Shown here piece by piece: positions 38,001-50,000 of a stretch of 64,000 nt of DNA. This DNA comes from Macrostomum hystrix (Eukaryota > Animalia > Platyhelminthes): positions 12,028,001-12,092,000 of the forward strand of contig CATNEN010000007.1 of the NCBI GenBank assembly GCA_950097015.1, written 5' to 3'. The position numbers and the translations under genes are program-made. The notes beneath the pieces are model-generated. The model did not search any database. It was not told the DNA's origin and worked only from the letters and a program-made list of their open reading frames with translations. Numbering within the stretch: position 1 is the first letter of the stretch; every line of letters starts with the position of its first letter.

Positions 38001-39466
38001 TGGTTGTCAATGACATCTCAGACTGAACTGGTTGTCAATGCATCTCAGACTGAACTGGTTGTCAATGACATCTCAGACTGAACTGGTTGTCAATGCATCT
38101 CAGACTGAACTGGTTGTCAATGCATCTCAGACTGAACTGGTTGTCAATGCATCTCAGACTGAACTGGTTGTCAATGACATCTCAGACTGAACTGGTTGTC
38201 AATGCATCTCAGACTGAACTGGTTGTCAATGACATCTCAGACTGAACTGGTTGTCAATGCATCTCAGACTGAACTGGTTGTCAATGCAATCTCAGACTGA
38301 ACTGGTTGTCAATGACATCTCAGACTGAACTGGTTGTCAATGCATCTCAGACTGAACTGGTTGTCAATGACATCTCAGACTGAACTGGTTGTCAATGCAT
38401 CTCAGACTGAACTGGTTGTCAATGCATCTCAGACTGAACTGGTTGTCAATGACATCTCAGACTGAACTGGTTGTCAATGCATCTCAGACTGAACTGGTTT
38501 GTCAATGCATCTCAGACTGAACTGGTTGTCAATGACATCTCAGACTGAACTGGTTGTCAATGCATCTCAGACTGAACTGGTTGTCAATGCATCTCAGACT
38601 GAACTGGTTGTCAATGACATCTCAGACTGAACTGGTTGTCAATGCATCTCAGACTGAACTGGTTGTCAATGACATCTCAGACTGAACTGGTTGTCAATGA
38701 CATCTCAGACTGAACTGGTTGTCAATGCATCTCAGACTGAACTGGTTGTCAATGACATCTCAGACTGAACTGGTTGTCAATGCATCTCAGACTGAACTGG
38801 TTGTCAATGCCATCTCAGACTGAACTGGTTGTCAATGACATCTCAGACTGAACTGGTTGTCAATGACATCTCAGACTGAACTGGTTGTCAATGACATCTC
38901 GACTGAACTGGTTGTCAATGCATCTCAGACTGAACTGGTTGTCAATGACATCTCAGACTGAAACTGGTTGTCAATGACATCTCAGACGGAACTGGTTGTC
39001 AATGCATCTCAGACTGAACTGGTTGTCAATGCATCTCAGACTGAACTGGTTGTCAATGACATCTCAGACTGAACTGGTTGTCATGCATCTCAGACTGAAC
39101 TGGTTGTCAATGACATCTCAGAGCTGAACTGGTTGTCAATGACATCTCAGACTGAACTGGTTGTCAATGACATCTCAGGACTGAACTGGTTGTCAATGCA
39201 TCTCAGACTGAACTGGTTGTCAATGACATCTCAGACTGAACTGGTTGTCAATGACCTCTCAGACTGAACTGGTTGAATCTGGTGTTGTCAATGCATCTCA
39301 GACTGAACTGGTTGTCAATGACATCTCAGACTGAACTGGTTGTCAATGCATCTCAGACTGAACTGGTTGTCAATGACATCTCAGACTGAACTGGTTGTCA
39401 ATGACATCTCAGACTGAACTGGTTGTCAATGACATCTCAGACTGAACTGGTTGTCAATGACATCTC
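35009..39466. repeat. 27/28-bp satellite (CATCTCAGACTGAACTGGTTGTCAATG[A])n, ~160 copies
   Basis: Two length variants interspersed; internal 1120-bp higher-order duplication. Confidence 0.99.
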
Positions 39467-40526
39467 CATGGTGACAATGGGGACTTCTTGCATTAGGGAA
39501 ATTATCATTCGGAATGCTATCAGTTCAGTTTGCAGCCCTCCTTGTGCAGTGCTAATCAATCAGAAACCAGTCAGAGAGCAAGGTTAACATTGCTATTTTT
39601 TGTTCTTTCTACTTTCTAAACCTTAACTGACCAATTGCTTCTCATGCCCATCATGCTAGGGTCCACTCGGGTGCTGCGCTGTGTCCGCACTGTAAGCTCG
39701 CAAGTCTGCTGTGTTTGCTTTATCCGCTTTTTATCCATTGTGTACTCCTGGCGCTGTCACTATCGCTTTACACTGCAGGCCACAGTGGCACTGCTGTGCC
39801 TCTGGCTTCTATTTTATTCTGTGACTTTTATTCATTTTATCTGATGGCCTCATCGACTCCTGCCATTGGCTGTTCGGTCCGGCTTCTCCCATCTCCTCTG
39901 CTCCCCAGGCTTGACTAATCCCTATTCCCCCATCACCTGCATCTCTGCTCGGCTGGGAAACAGTTGCTGTGCATTCCAGTTCACATGGCACTCTGAATTC
40001 TTGAGCACCTCGAGCCCCAGCAGTTAACAGATTCCCATTCGCTGTGAGGCACTACTTACTGTACTATGAGTAGTATATCTTGTTCGTACCGTTTTCCCTC
40101 GAGTGTTATCACAATACGCGCACAACTTGGCTGAGTTTCAGCTCAACTTTCTCTGTGCCGCTTCTCAAACTCATTTCAACACCTTATTTGAGATTTGATG
40201 CTGTCATTATTGATTTTGCTTAAATGGAAACTTTTTTATGGTATGTCTTGACATTTTACATGAATTATATGCAAACACAAGCGGGCGGTAGGTGCCCGGG
40301 CCTTCTGGCTTTTTTAACTGGCGAGCTACTTACTCAAGCGCCCGCCTCTGGGTTAGGCTTTTCTTTGCTGCCTTTTTTACCTGTTCAATTGTCGCATAGA
40401 GATCTGTAGCGGCCACATGTTGCCAGTTAAAATATTTCGCACAGTCAGCATCTGTCATCGCTACTAGCAGTAGTCAACAATGCGTTAACAATTCCAGCCT
40501 CAGCAGCAGCCGCCACCGCAGCCGCA

Positions 40527-40709
40527 ATGATGCTCCGCCTGCGGGAGCGCTGGCACGTGCTGGCCGCCTTGGCGCTGGTGTTTCTCACCCTGTGCCTGCT
40601 GCTGTTGTCAACTGGCTTCACTCCTCTCTACCTGGCCAGGCGCCAGCGGGACCCCGTCACCAGCCCGCTCAGCCTCCTGCAGCGCCTGCTGTCGCCTTCG
40701 GCCGGATGA
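40527..40709 (+). CDS. Orphan 60-aa single-pass membrane microprotein
   Basis: GC-rich island after acceptor TTCCAG, start context GCAATG. MMLRLRERWH plus ~20 hydrophobic residues. U-rich 3' region and ATTAAA near 40968. Confidence 0.55.
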   Translation: MMLRLRERWHVLAALALVFLTLCLLLLSTGFTPLYLARRQRDPVTSPLSLLQRLLSPSAG

Positions 40710-41194
40710 GCAGTCAGCCCTGAGTCAGGACCTTTGATGGCCTTTGATTGTTGTTCAGTTCAGTGTTTCTTTCTTCAGCTTTCTTTATCAGTACAGGTTT
40801 GGTTGATATGTATTGCACATAAGTCAGTTTATTGCTGTTTTAGCTCTGAACATTCTCAATACGATATTGCTGCTTCGTATATATGTGATTTCTTGTTATT
40901 CGTGTGGCAACTGAGAACACCTATTGTCCTGAAGGCTTATTGATTCTTCAGTTGGTTACTTGATGGTATTAAAAGTGCAAACTGGATTTGCGCTCCTTTG
41001 AAGCAGCAGCAGAAATCGGGTGCTTGAGCATGTCGCGTTGCGGTTCTAAGTGCGGTCCAACCACCTGTTACACCTGCTTGTGTATCCCTACCTGTTTTAA
41101 CACCCGAATATCATAGGGATCAGAATGATCTTACAAAATCTCATTTAACTCTTTCTTGATTCCAAATTACCCCCTGTTCAATAGACTCGCATTC

Positions 41195-41725
41195 TGATCC
41201 CATTCCTAGTCTACAATGATCCCCTATTCCCTGGACTCCCATGATCCCATTCCTAGTCTACAATGATCCCCTATTCCCTGGACTCCCATGATCCCCTATT
41301 CCCCAGACTCCCATGATCCCATTCCTAGTCTACAATGATCCCCTATTCCCTGGACTCCCATGATCCCATTCCTAGTCTACAATGATCCCCTATTCCCTGG
41401 ACTCCCATGATCCCCTATTCCCCAGACTCCCATGATCGCATTCCTAGTCCACAATGTTCCCCTATTCCCTGGACTCCCATGATCGCATTCCTAGTCCACA
41501 ATGTTCCCCTATTCCCTGGACTCCCATGATCGCATTCCTAGTCCACAATGTTCCCCTATTCCCTGGACTCCCATGATCGCATTCCTAGTCTACAATGATC
41601 CCCTATTCCCCAGACTCCCATGATCGCATTCCTAGTCTACAATGATCCCCTATTCCCCAGACTCCCATGATCGCATTCCTAGTCCACAATGTTCCCCTAT
41701 TCCCTGGACTCCCATTCTGATCCCG
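41195..41725. repeat. Composite 22+25-bp minisatellite (ATGATCCCATTCCTAGTCTACA / ATGATCCCCTATTCCCTGGACTCCC)
   Basis: Visible. Confidence 0.92.
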
Positions 41726-42099
41726 CTCGCAGTCTCCAAAGCATCCCAAAGCCAGTCACCTGCCAAGTTGCACTCATCTCCACGCAGTTGACTGTTTTGT
41801 ATCAAGCCTTGCTTGAGTAAGCCATAGGTATTATTTATTTAAAAAATTCGCAAAGAGCATGACCTTAAATCTTTCCTCTTCTGGTTGTTACCAAAGCTGG
41901 CTTCCTTTGCGCTTTTTTCTATTGCTTAGCGTCTATATTAGATTTTTCCTATCGCTTTCTGCGGCCCCAGCTGATTGATAATTGCCAATATTGCGACTGC
42001 TCATTCTGAAAGATCTCAAAGCCCCGGGCCTGCGCGCCCCCGGCCTCTGCTGGTTGGCTCTTATCCATCGGTCCTGTCACCACTACTGCTGCTGTGAAA

Positions 42100-42662
42100 C
42101 CCCACTGCCTTCTGCCCTGCCCTCTCCCCCACTGCACTGCCTTCTGCCCTGCCCTCTCCACCGCTGCACTGCCTTCTGCTCTGCCCTCTCCACCGCTGCA
42201 CTGCCTTCTGCCCTGCCCTCTCCACCGCTGCACTGCCTTCTGCCCTGCCCTCTCCACCGCTGCACTGCCTTCTGCCCTGCCCTCTCCACCGCTGCACTGC
42301 CTTCTGCCCTGCCCTCTCCACCGCTCCACTGCCTTCTGCTCTGCCCTCTCCACCGCTGCACTGCCTTCTGCCCTGCCCTCTCCACCGCTCCACTGCCTTC
42401 TGCCCTGCCCTCTCCACCGCTGCACTGCCTTCTGCCCTGCCCTCTCCACCGCTGCACTGCCTTCTGCTCTGCCCTCTCCACCGCTGCACTGCCTTCTGCC
42501 CTGCCCTCTCCACCGCTGCACTGCCTTCTGCCCTGCCCTCTCCACCGCTGCACTGCCTTCTGCCCTACCCTCTCCACCGCTCCACTGCCTTCTGCCCTAC
42601 CCTCTCCACCGCTGCACTGCCTTCTGCCCTACCCTCTCCACCGCTGCACTGCCTTCTGCCCT
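42100..42662. repeat. 32-bp minisatellite (CTGCACTGCCTTCTGCCCTGCCCTCTCCACCG)n
   Basis: Visible; accounts for the repetitive ORFs in all frames. Confidence 0.96.
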
Positions 42663-43089
42663 CGGACGCAGTTTTTCTCGTCAGATGTTTTTACTAACGA
42701 GTTTTTAGTATTTGCAAGAGTAAGAGCTCAGCCTCTGTTCTGAGCCAGCACGCACATTCATATTTTCCTTGGCTGGTTTTTAAGATTTTCCTAAGTTTCA
42801 CTTGCGTGCACATTATTGATTTCAGCCTGTTTTCAGAGCAGATTACATTTTTATTGGACAAACTCGGCATCACCATACGCTCGTACATTACAGTTGTCTC
42901 TCAGAACGAAAAAATTGTGCCCTTTTTTAATATTAGTTTTCGATTTGCCTTTTCTGCTCTTTTTTTGATTTTCTCTTTTCTCTTTAACAACTCGGCAAAT
43001 TTTATCTGAAATTCGGTGAACGAGGGCCTTTCTGATTTGTTGTTTTGACGTGGAGGTTACTGAGCTCAATTCTTAGGCAGATTAGGAAT

Positions 43090-43530
43090 GTTGCTTCCCT
43101 TATCCCACTCGCTTCCTTCCTTATCCCACCCGCTTCCTTCCTTATTCCTCTCCTTCCTTCCTTATCCCACTCGATTTCTTCCTTACCCACTCGCTTCCTT
43201 CCCTTATCCCTCTCCCTTCCTTACCTTATCCCCCTCCCTTCATTCCCTTATCCCTCTTGCTTCCTTCCCGTATCCCTCTCCCTTCCTTCCCTTATCCCTC
43301 TCCCTTCCTTCCCTTATCCCTCTTGCTTCCTTCCCTTATCCCTCTTGCTTCCTTCCCTTATCCCTCTCCCTTCCTTCCCTTATCCCTCTCCCTTCCTTCC
43401 CTTATCCCTCTCCCTTCCTTCCCTTATCCCTCTTGCTTCCTTCTCTTATCCCTCTCCATTCCTTCCCTTATCCCTTTCCTTCCTTCCTTATCCCACTCGC
43501 TTCCTTCCATTTACCTTATCCTCCCTTCTC
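43090..43530. repeat. Polypyrimidine minisatellite (CTTCCTTCCCTTATCCCTCTCC-like)
   Basis: Visible; lies just upstream of the Ubc13 acceptor. Confidence 0.92.
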
Positions 43531-43668
43531 GCTCGGCTCTGCCCTCCTCTCCAACCGCCCACCACAATCAGAAAGTGACTAGCCATGCTAGGGGATAATT
43601 AGGCTTGCTAGTTCGGAGCGCGCCCACTGATTTCGCCTGGCCACCCGCCCGCAGAGCTTGGCTCATTG

Positions 43669-44124
43669 ATGGCCGGCCTGCCGCGTCGCATCATCAAGGA
43701 GACGCAGCGCCTCATGGCGGAGCCGGTGGAGGGCATCGAGGCCACGCCGAACGAGGCCAACGCCCGCTACTTCCAGGTGACGGTGCACGGGCCCAAGGAC
43801 AGCCCCTACGAGGGCGGCGTCTTCCGCCTGGAGCTCTTCCTGCCCGAGGAGTACCCGATGAACGCGCCCAAGGTGCGCTTCATGACGAAGATCTACCACC
43901 CGAACATCGACCGGCTGGGCCGCATCTGCCTGGACATTCTGAAGGACAAGTGGAGCCCGGCTCTGCAGATCCGCACGGTGCTGCTGTCCATCCAGGCTCT
44001 GCTGAGCGCCCCGAATCCGGACGATCCGCTTGAGCACGACATCGCCGAGCTGTGGAAGAACAACGAGCCGGAGGCCATTCGCAATGCGCGCGACTGGACC
44101 CGCAACTACGCCAGGCCCGCCTGA
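43669..44124 (+). CDS. UBE2N: Ubiquitin-conjugating enzyme E2 N (Ubc13), intronless CDS, 151 aa
   Basis: [15 protein letters not shown]...[46 protein letters not shown], the diagnostic Ubc13 sequence with catalytic Cys. Confidence 0.98.
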   Translation: MAGLPRRIIKETQRLMAEPVEGIEATPNEANARYFQVTVHGPKDSPYEGGVFRLELFLPEEYPMNAPKVRFMTKIYHPNIDRLGRICLDILKDKWSPALQIRTVLLSIQALLSAPNPDDPLEHDIAELWKNNEPEAIRNARDWTRNYARPA

Positions 44125-44697
44125 ATTGCAGCGCGGCTGTTCCGCCCGCTCCACGCCCACCTGGTCTCGCAGTCCGCTAATTATCCCGACTGGCTTTCCC
44201 AGTTTACTGTTCCGCCCGCTCCTTTTTGCTTATCAGACACAACTTCCAGTAGCGACAGCGCTCCCCGTTCTTGTTGCCACCCGGGTGTGCTTGCCGAGCT
44301 CAGCTTACCGAACACCAAGCCTGCCTCCCTGTCTCCAGGGCTACTTCACTCTGCACTGCCCTGCTACCACTCAGTGCTTCTTTTGCTCCGTGGTCACTCT
44401 CTGTCGATTCCTCTCCGCCTCAGATCTCTAAGCAAATCGATAATCCCTCGCATCCCCTGCCGATGCTCCGTCACTGCCTCCGCACCAATGAGGCTGGAGG
44501 ACTGCTCCCGGTCTGGCCTGCGCCTTTCAGGCGAGCAGGATAACAGTACATAGTCTGTAATCATAAACGTTGCTAATTTTACTAATTAAATTTTTATCTA
44601 AAGTGCAAAAAAATTCTGTTCACTGTTACCTGGCTCAGATATTTTGTTATTCTTTGCTAATATATAGACTACTACAGGCCACTGAATCAGGTTCCAT

Positions 44698-45210
44698 TGC
44701 AGCCTGTGTCACAGCCGCCCACTACACTTGCAGCCTGTGTCACAGCCACCCACTACACTTGCAGCCTGTGTCACAGCCACCCCACTACACTTGCAGCCTG
44801 TGTCACAGCCACCCACTACACTTGCAGCCTGATTCATAGCCACCCCACTCCACATGCAGCCTGATTCATAGCCACCCCACTCCCCATGCAGCCTGATTCA
44901 TAGCCACCCCACTCCCCATGCAGCCTGATTCATAGCCACCCCACTCCCCATGCAGCCTGATTCATAGCCACCCCACTCCACATGCAGCCTGATTCATAGC
45001 CACCCCACTCCACATGCAGCCTGATTCATAGCCACCCCACTCCCCATGCAGCCTGATTCATAGCCACCCCACTCCCCATGCAGCCTGATTCATAGCCACC
45101 CCCATGCAGCCACTCCCCATGCAGCCACTCCCCATGCAGCCACTCCCCATGCAGCCTGATTCATAGCCACCCCACTCCCCATGCAGACTGAGTCACAGCC
45201 ACCCCACTGC
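44698..45210. repeat. 31-32-bp minisatellite (TGCAGCCTGATTCATAGCCACCCCACTCCCCA-like)
   Basis: Unit sequence drifts along the array; last copy merges into the PAM18 acceptor. Confidence 0.93.
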
Positions 45211-45221
45211 CATTGCAGCCA

Positions 45222-46062
45222 ATGTCCTCTCTAGTGGTTGGCGGACTGTGTCTGGCAGCCGTGGGCTTTGGCGGCCGCTTCCTTGTAAGCCGGATGCAGA
45301 AGAACCCGCAGCAGTTCGCTGCAATGTTCCGCCTGCCGGAGCTGTCAAAATATCCGCCAGGCGGCTTCGAGGTCAAAATGAGCAGGCGGGAGGCTGCTAG
45401 GATTCTGGAAGTGAGGTGAGACTGTACGGATGCACTTTTATTCCCTGTTATTTTGCGGTTTTTTTACGCAAACGCAAATAACTTATCAAACCTTTCACAG
45501 CCAAACTGCATCAAAAAACAAGATCAAGGAGGCGCACAAGAAGATCATGCTCCTGAACCATCCCGACAGAGGCAAGTCCACCATCTACTCGACATTCGAG
45601 ACTGTTTAAATACAAAGCGGGTGTATAGCGTGCTAAAATGGAAATAAAAAGCGATAGAGGAGGATTGAGATGGGAGAGGAGGATAGAGATGGGAGAGGAG
45701 GATAGAGATGGAAGAGGAGGATAGAGATGGGAGAGGAGGATAGAGATGGGAGAGGAGGATAGAGATGGGAGAGGAGGATAGGGATGAGGGAGGGGAGATA
45801 GAGATAGGAGAGGATAGGGATGGGGGAGGGAGATAAAGATGGGGGAGGGGGATAAAGATGGGGGAAGAGGTTAGGATAGGAAAGGAGGATTATTGATGGG
45901 TTGGGGGATAGGGATGTGAGAAGAAGAGGATTAGAATGGCACAAGAAGAGAGGGCTTGGAACAATTGGGATAAAAGGTATCATTTGTAAACATTGAATTG
46001 CAGGTGGGTCACCTTACCTGGCATCGAAGATAAACGAGGCGAAAGATTTGCTGGACAAGTAA
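45222..46062 (+). CDS. DNAJC19: Mitochondrial import motor J-protein PAM18/TIM14, 3 exons, 107 aa
   Basis: Exons 45222-45415, 45501-45571, 46004-46062. GGFEVKMSRREAARILEV-S...[34 protein letters not shown]. Intron 2 is GC-AG. Confidence 0.95.
45655..45860. repeat. 19-bp polypurine minisatellite (GAGAGGAGGATAGAGATGG)n in PAM18 intron 2
   Basis: Visible. Confidence 0.9.
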
Positions 46063-47024
46063 GGGCGTCTCACCGCAAGGACTTATTAGAACAGCAATGT
46101 ATTTATATTCTGCTAAGCCGCATTCAATTCAAGCCGCGAGTGTCATCAATTTTGCTTTGTCTGCATCTACTGTACTTGTACAGTGCCTCCCGATGTTCGC
46201 ACTGCGCGCACTGTTCGGAAAGATTTTCTAATAGCCTGAATATTTTTTCTGCTGCCTGATTACTTAAACAAACAGTAGTCTGTTTGGCGAAATATACAAA
46301 TTTGGGCAGTTTGTAGAATAATTTGACTACAATAGCTGTTCACAATAGCTAATTCACACAAAGAATGTTTATGTTTGTCTCTCTCTTGCTTTGTTTTACA
46401 GGATCTCTTAGATCCATCTCCCATAGACAGTGGCAGGTAACAGTGAGTGACAGGCTAGTTAGCAGTGATTTGAGTGACTTCACTGAAGAAATTACTCGTA
46501 GAAAGCCAAGCCAAAAGTCGTGTTAAATCAGTCAAGCCAATGCTTAGCCAAAGGCTTGAACGAGTCGGCACCGAGGAGCGCTCTGTACTACTCAGTATAA
46601 TGTTGCACTATATATTTTATTTACTTAAGGCGTGAGATTGAAGCTCCGGCTGTCGCTGAGGTTGGTTCAAGGTTTAAGTTGGTTTAACCCTAACACACGT
46701 GCGACGGCCAGGGCAAGAAAAAGAAATAAAAGAAAACTAAAAAAGGAGCAAAAATATCGCGCAGACTACAATTAGTGGCACATATACACAAAGGTTATCA
46801 GAAGATACAATGCACAGCAGAATTTTATCAGGCTAGACAAGGCAGGTTGAGGAGGAAAAGGCAATCGGATGGATTGCCACCCGGGCCAGTTCCGTAATAA
46901 TGGGCTAATGGACCCAAAACGCTCGGAACTGGTTGGTAGTGATAGTGATACACTAACAGTTGCGCAGAAAAGGCACAGCCAAATATCTCAGCAGAGATGA
47001 CTGACTAGCAACAGGATCTGACAA

Positions 47025-50000
47025 TCAGCTGTTCGGGAGCTCCGCTCCGCCAACCAGTATGCCCTCCCGCTCCAGCACTTCTTTGACAATCTGGAAGTTG
47101 TCACTTCGCGTGTTCGCGATGCGGCTGCTGAGTTCTCTGGTTGGCGTCTGGACGGCCTGAAATGAGCAGCGGTTTGAAATGTCTTTAATGCTACTTAACT
47201 ATGCTTATCAACTAAGTAGCCAGTTGTGGACTAAACTCTACTAGCTCTACTAGCAGTAGTGCAGTTCTCCCTTACCCGCCTCCGTTCCAGGCTGGACGGC
47301 ATGGCCAGATCAAAGGAGGGCACGCTGGAAGACTGGCTGGAATTGGAGGTGCTGAAATTGGAGTTGGGGGCTGACTGTCAGAGAGAAGGCGGGCAGTGCT
47401 AAAATAGAAAAGTTAAAGCCGATTGAAAATGCCGCTAGGTTCAGCAAGTCCTCGCAAAAGGCACTCCCTCCCTCACCCCATGCTAATTGCGTTGCCACAA
47501 CCCTGAGCCCAGTGGAATGGCAGTGGCAGCCGCTTACATAAAATCTGAGAAGATCACATACACTGCCTAGAATAGCCAGATACCACTCTAGCTCTGGTCA
47601 CCTGTGCAAGTTCTACCTGCGCAGGCCGGTGCTTGCACTGCCTGCATTGGAATGTGCAGGGCTCCTTCCACGTGCTATAAGCACTAATTTGGCATAATAA
47701 GGGCTTCTTGCTGTGAATGAAGTCACAGAATTGACCATGCCAGTCACATCCCTGCATTCACTCACCATCCATGCCAGTCACATCCCTGCATTCACTCACC
47801 ATCCATGCCAGTCACATCCCTGCATTCACTCACCATCCATGCCAGTCACCTTCCTGCATTCACTCACCATCCATGCCAGTCACATCCCTGCATTCACTCA
47901 CAATCCATGCCAGTCACATCCCTGCATTCACTCACCATCCATGCCAGTCACATTCCTGCATTCACTCACCATCCATGCCAGTCACATTCCTGCATTCACT
48001 CACCATCCATGCCAGTCACATCCATGCATTCACTCACCATCCATGCCAGTCACACCACCGCGATCACTCACAATCTATGCCAGTCACATCCCTGCATTCA
48101 CTCACCATCCATGCCAGTCACATCCCTGCATTCACTCACAATCCATGCCAGTCACATCCCTGCATTCACTCACCATCCATGCCAGTCACATCCATGCATT
48201 CACTCACAATCCATGCCTGTCACACCACCGCAATCACTCACAATCCATGCCAGTCACATTCCTGCATTCACTCACAATCCATGCCAGTCACATCCCTGCA
48301 TTCACTCACAATCCATGCCAGTCACACCACCGCAATCACTCACAATCCATGCCAGTCACATCCATGCATTCACTCACAATCCATGCCAGTCACATTCCGC
48401 ATTCACTCACAATCCATGCCAGTCACTCCCCGCATTCACTCACAATCCATTCCAGGAAAGATGACACCAATGAAACTAATTAAACAAAATTCTGGATAAA
48501 ACTGCCAACAAGTGCAGTCCCGGAAGTACGCGGGGCTGGCCAGAAGTACACGGCGACCCCCCCAAAAGCCGCGCTTTTACAATCTACGCTGCAAAGGCAG
48601 AAACGTAGGCAAACTCCAAGCTGTGTTTGCTCGGGTCCGCCACGGCCTGACTCTCGGGGCATCGGCGCCGCTCTGTCAACACAGAGAAGTCGCGAGGCCA
48701 CGCTGGGAGCACTTTATCGATCAATTTTCTGGCCAAGGCGGCGGTCAGCAACTGGGGAATATTTTGGATATTGATCCCCCCAGCTTAACGGAAGCCCCAC
48801 ATTTCGCTCCACCCTGTCCAGCTGTCTCTGTCCTATTTGAGGATCGGAATTTGTCACTCCTCGATAAACAGTCATTAATCCGCCTTTGAATATCTGTTTA
48901 TTTCACAGGAAATGTGTTTACTCTGACGAACCTGCAGTCTCTGACAGTTGTGAAGTGCACCGAGTGACAACTTACATCACTGCCTCGTGGTCCAGGCTGT
49001 TGGTCCGGCTGTGGGTGCGCACCGAGCAGGCCGAGAAATTCGACGCGTTCCGCCGGTGCCCGATGCCGCCGCCGACTACGCCTATAAGGGAGGCCAGAGC
49101 CGCCGACGAGGTCGAATTCGACATCACAGTCGGCTTAGCGGCGTCGAATGCGGCAGCGGCGGCAACAGAGGCGGCCGACTCTTCGACAGTCGACGGCGGC
49201 GCCGGTGGCAGCAGCGCGTGCAGGCTGAGCCGCAGGGTGCTGTTGTCCAGCCGCTGGCCCTGGCTGTACGGGCTGAGGATGCACTTGTGCTCGGCCTCGC
49301 CAATCCAGGCCAGGTCGCTCAGGTCGATGACGGCGTAGCCGATCTTCGTGTAGGACCGGCCGCCGCGCTCCTCGCGACGCACGGAGACACGAAGGTGGAC
49401 AACTGGGGCGGTGCAGGCGGCCGCTGAGGCGGTGGGCAGGCCCAATCGGCAGGTGAATTCCATGGCCGCTTGGTCGGCCCAGGACACCTTGTTGTCGCGG
49501 ATCTCCCTGAGGGGCGGGCGGCTGGCGAGTTACTCGAGTGGCTGGGAAGGCCGTGGGATGGCGGGAGGTAGGCTGTGGAATGGCAAGGGAGGCTGTGGGA
49601 TGGCAGGGTAGGCTGCGGGATGGCAGGGTAGGCTGCGGGATGGCAGGGTAGGCTGTGGGATGGCAATGCAGACTGTGGGATAGCAGGGTAGACTGTGGGA
49701 TGGGAGGGGAGGCTGTGGAATGGCAAGGGAGGCTGTGGGATGGCAATGCAGACTGTGGGATAGCAGGGTAGACTGTGGGATGGGAGGGGAGGCTGTGGAA
49801 TGGCAAGGGAGGCTGTGGGATGGCAATGCAGACTGTGGGATAGCAGGGTAGACTGTGGGATGGGAGGGGAGGCTGTGGGATGGCAAGGGAGGCTGTGGGA
49901 TGGCAGGGGAGGCTGTGGGATGGCAGGGGAGGCTGTGGGATGGCAGGGGAGGCTGTGGGATGGGAGGGAGGCTGTGGGATGGGAGGGGACTCTGTGGGAT

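Noticed and set aside
35009-39466. CRISPR-like array, or repetitive ORFs (SQTELVVNA / MHLRLNWLS)
   Set aside because: No unique spacers, no cas genes, eukaryotic context; the ORFs are translations of satellite DNA.
43669-44124. Ubc13 as a processed pseudogene
   Set aside because: ORF intact with catalytic residues; no poly(A) remnant or TSD seen; has an upstream acceptor like its neighbours.
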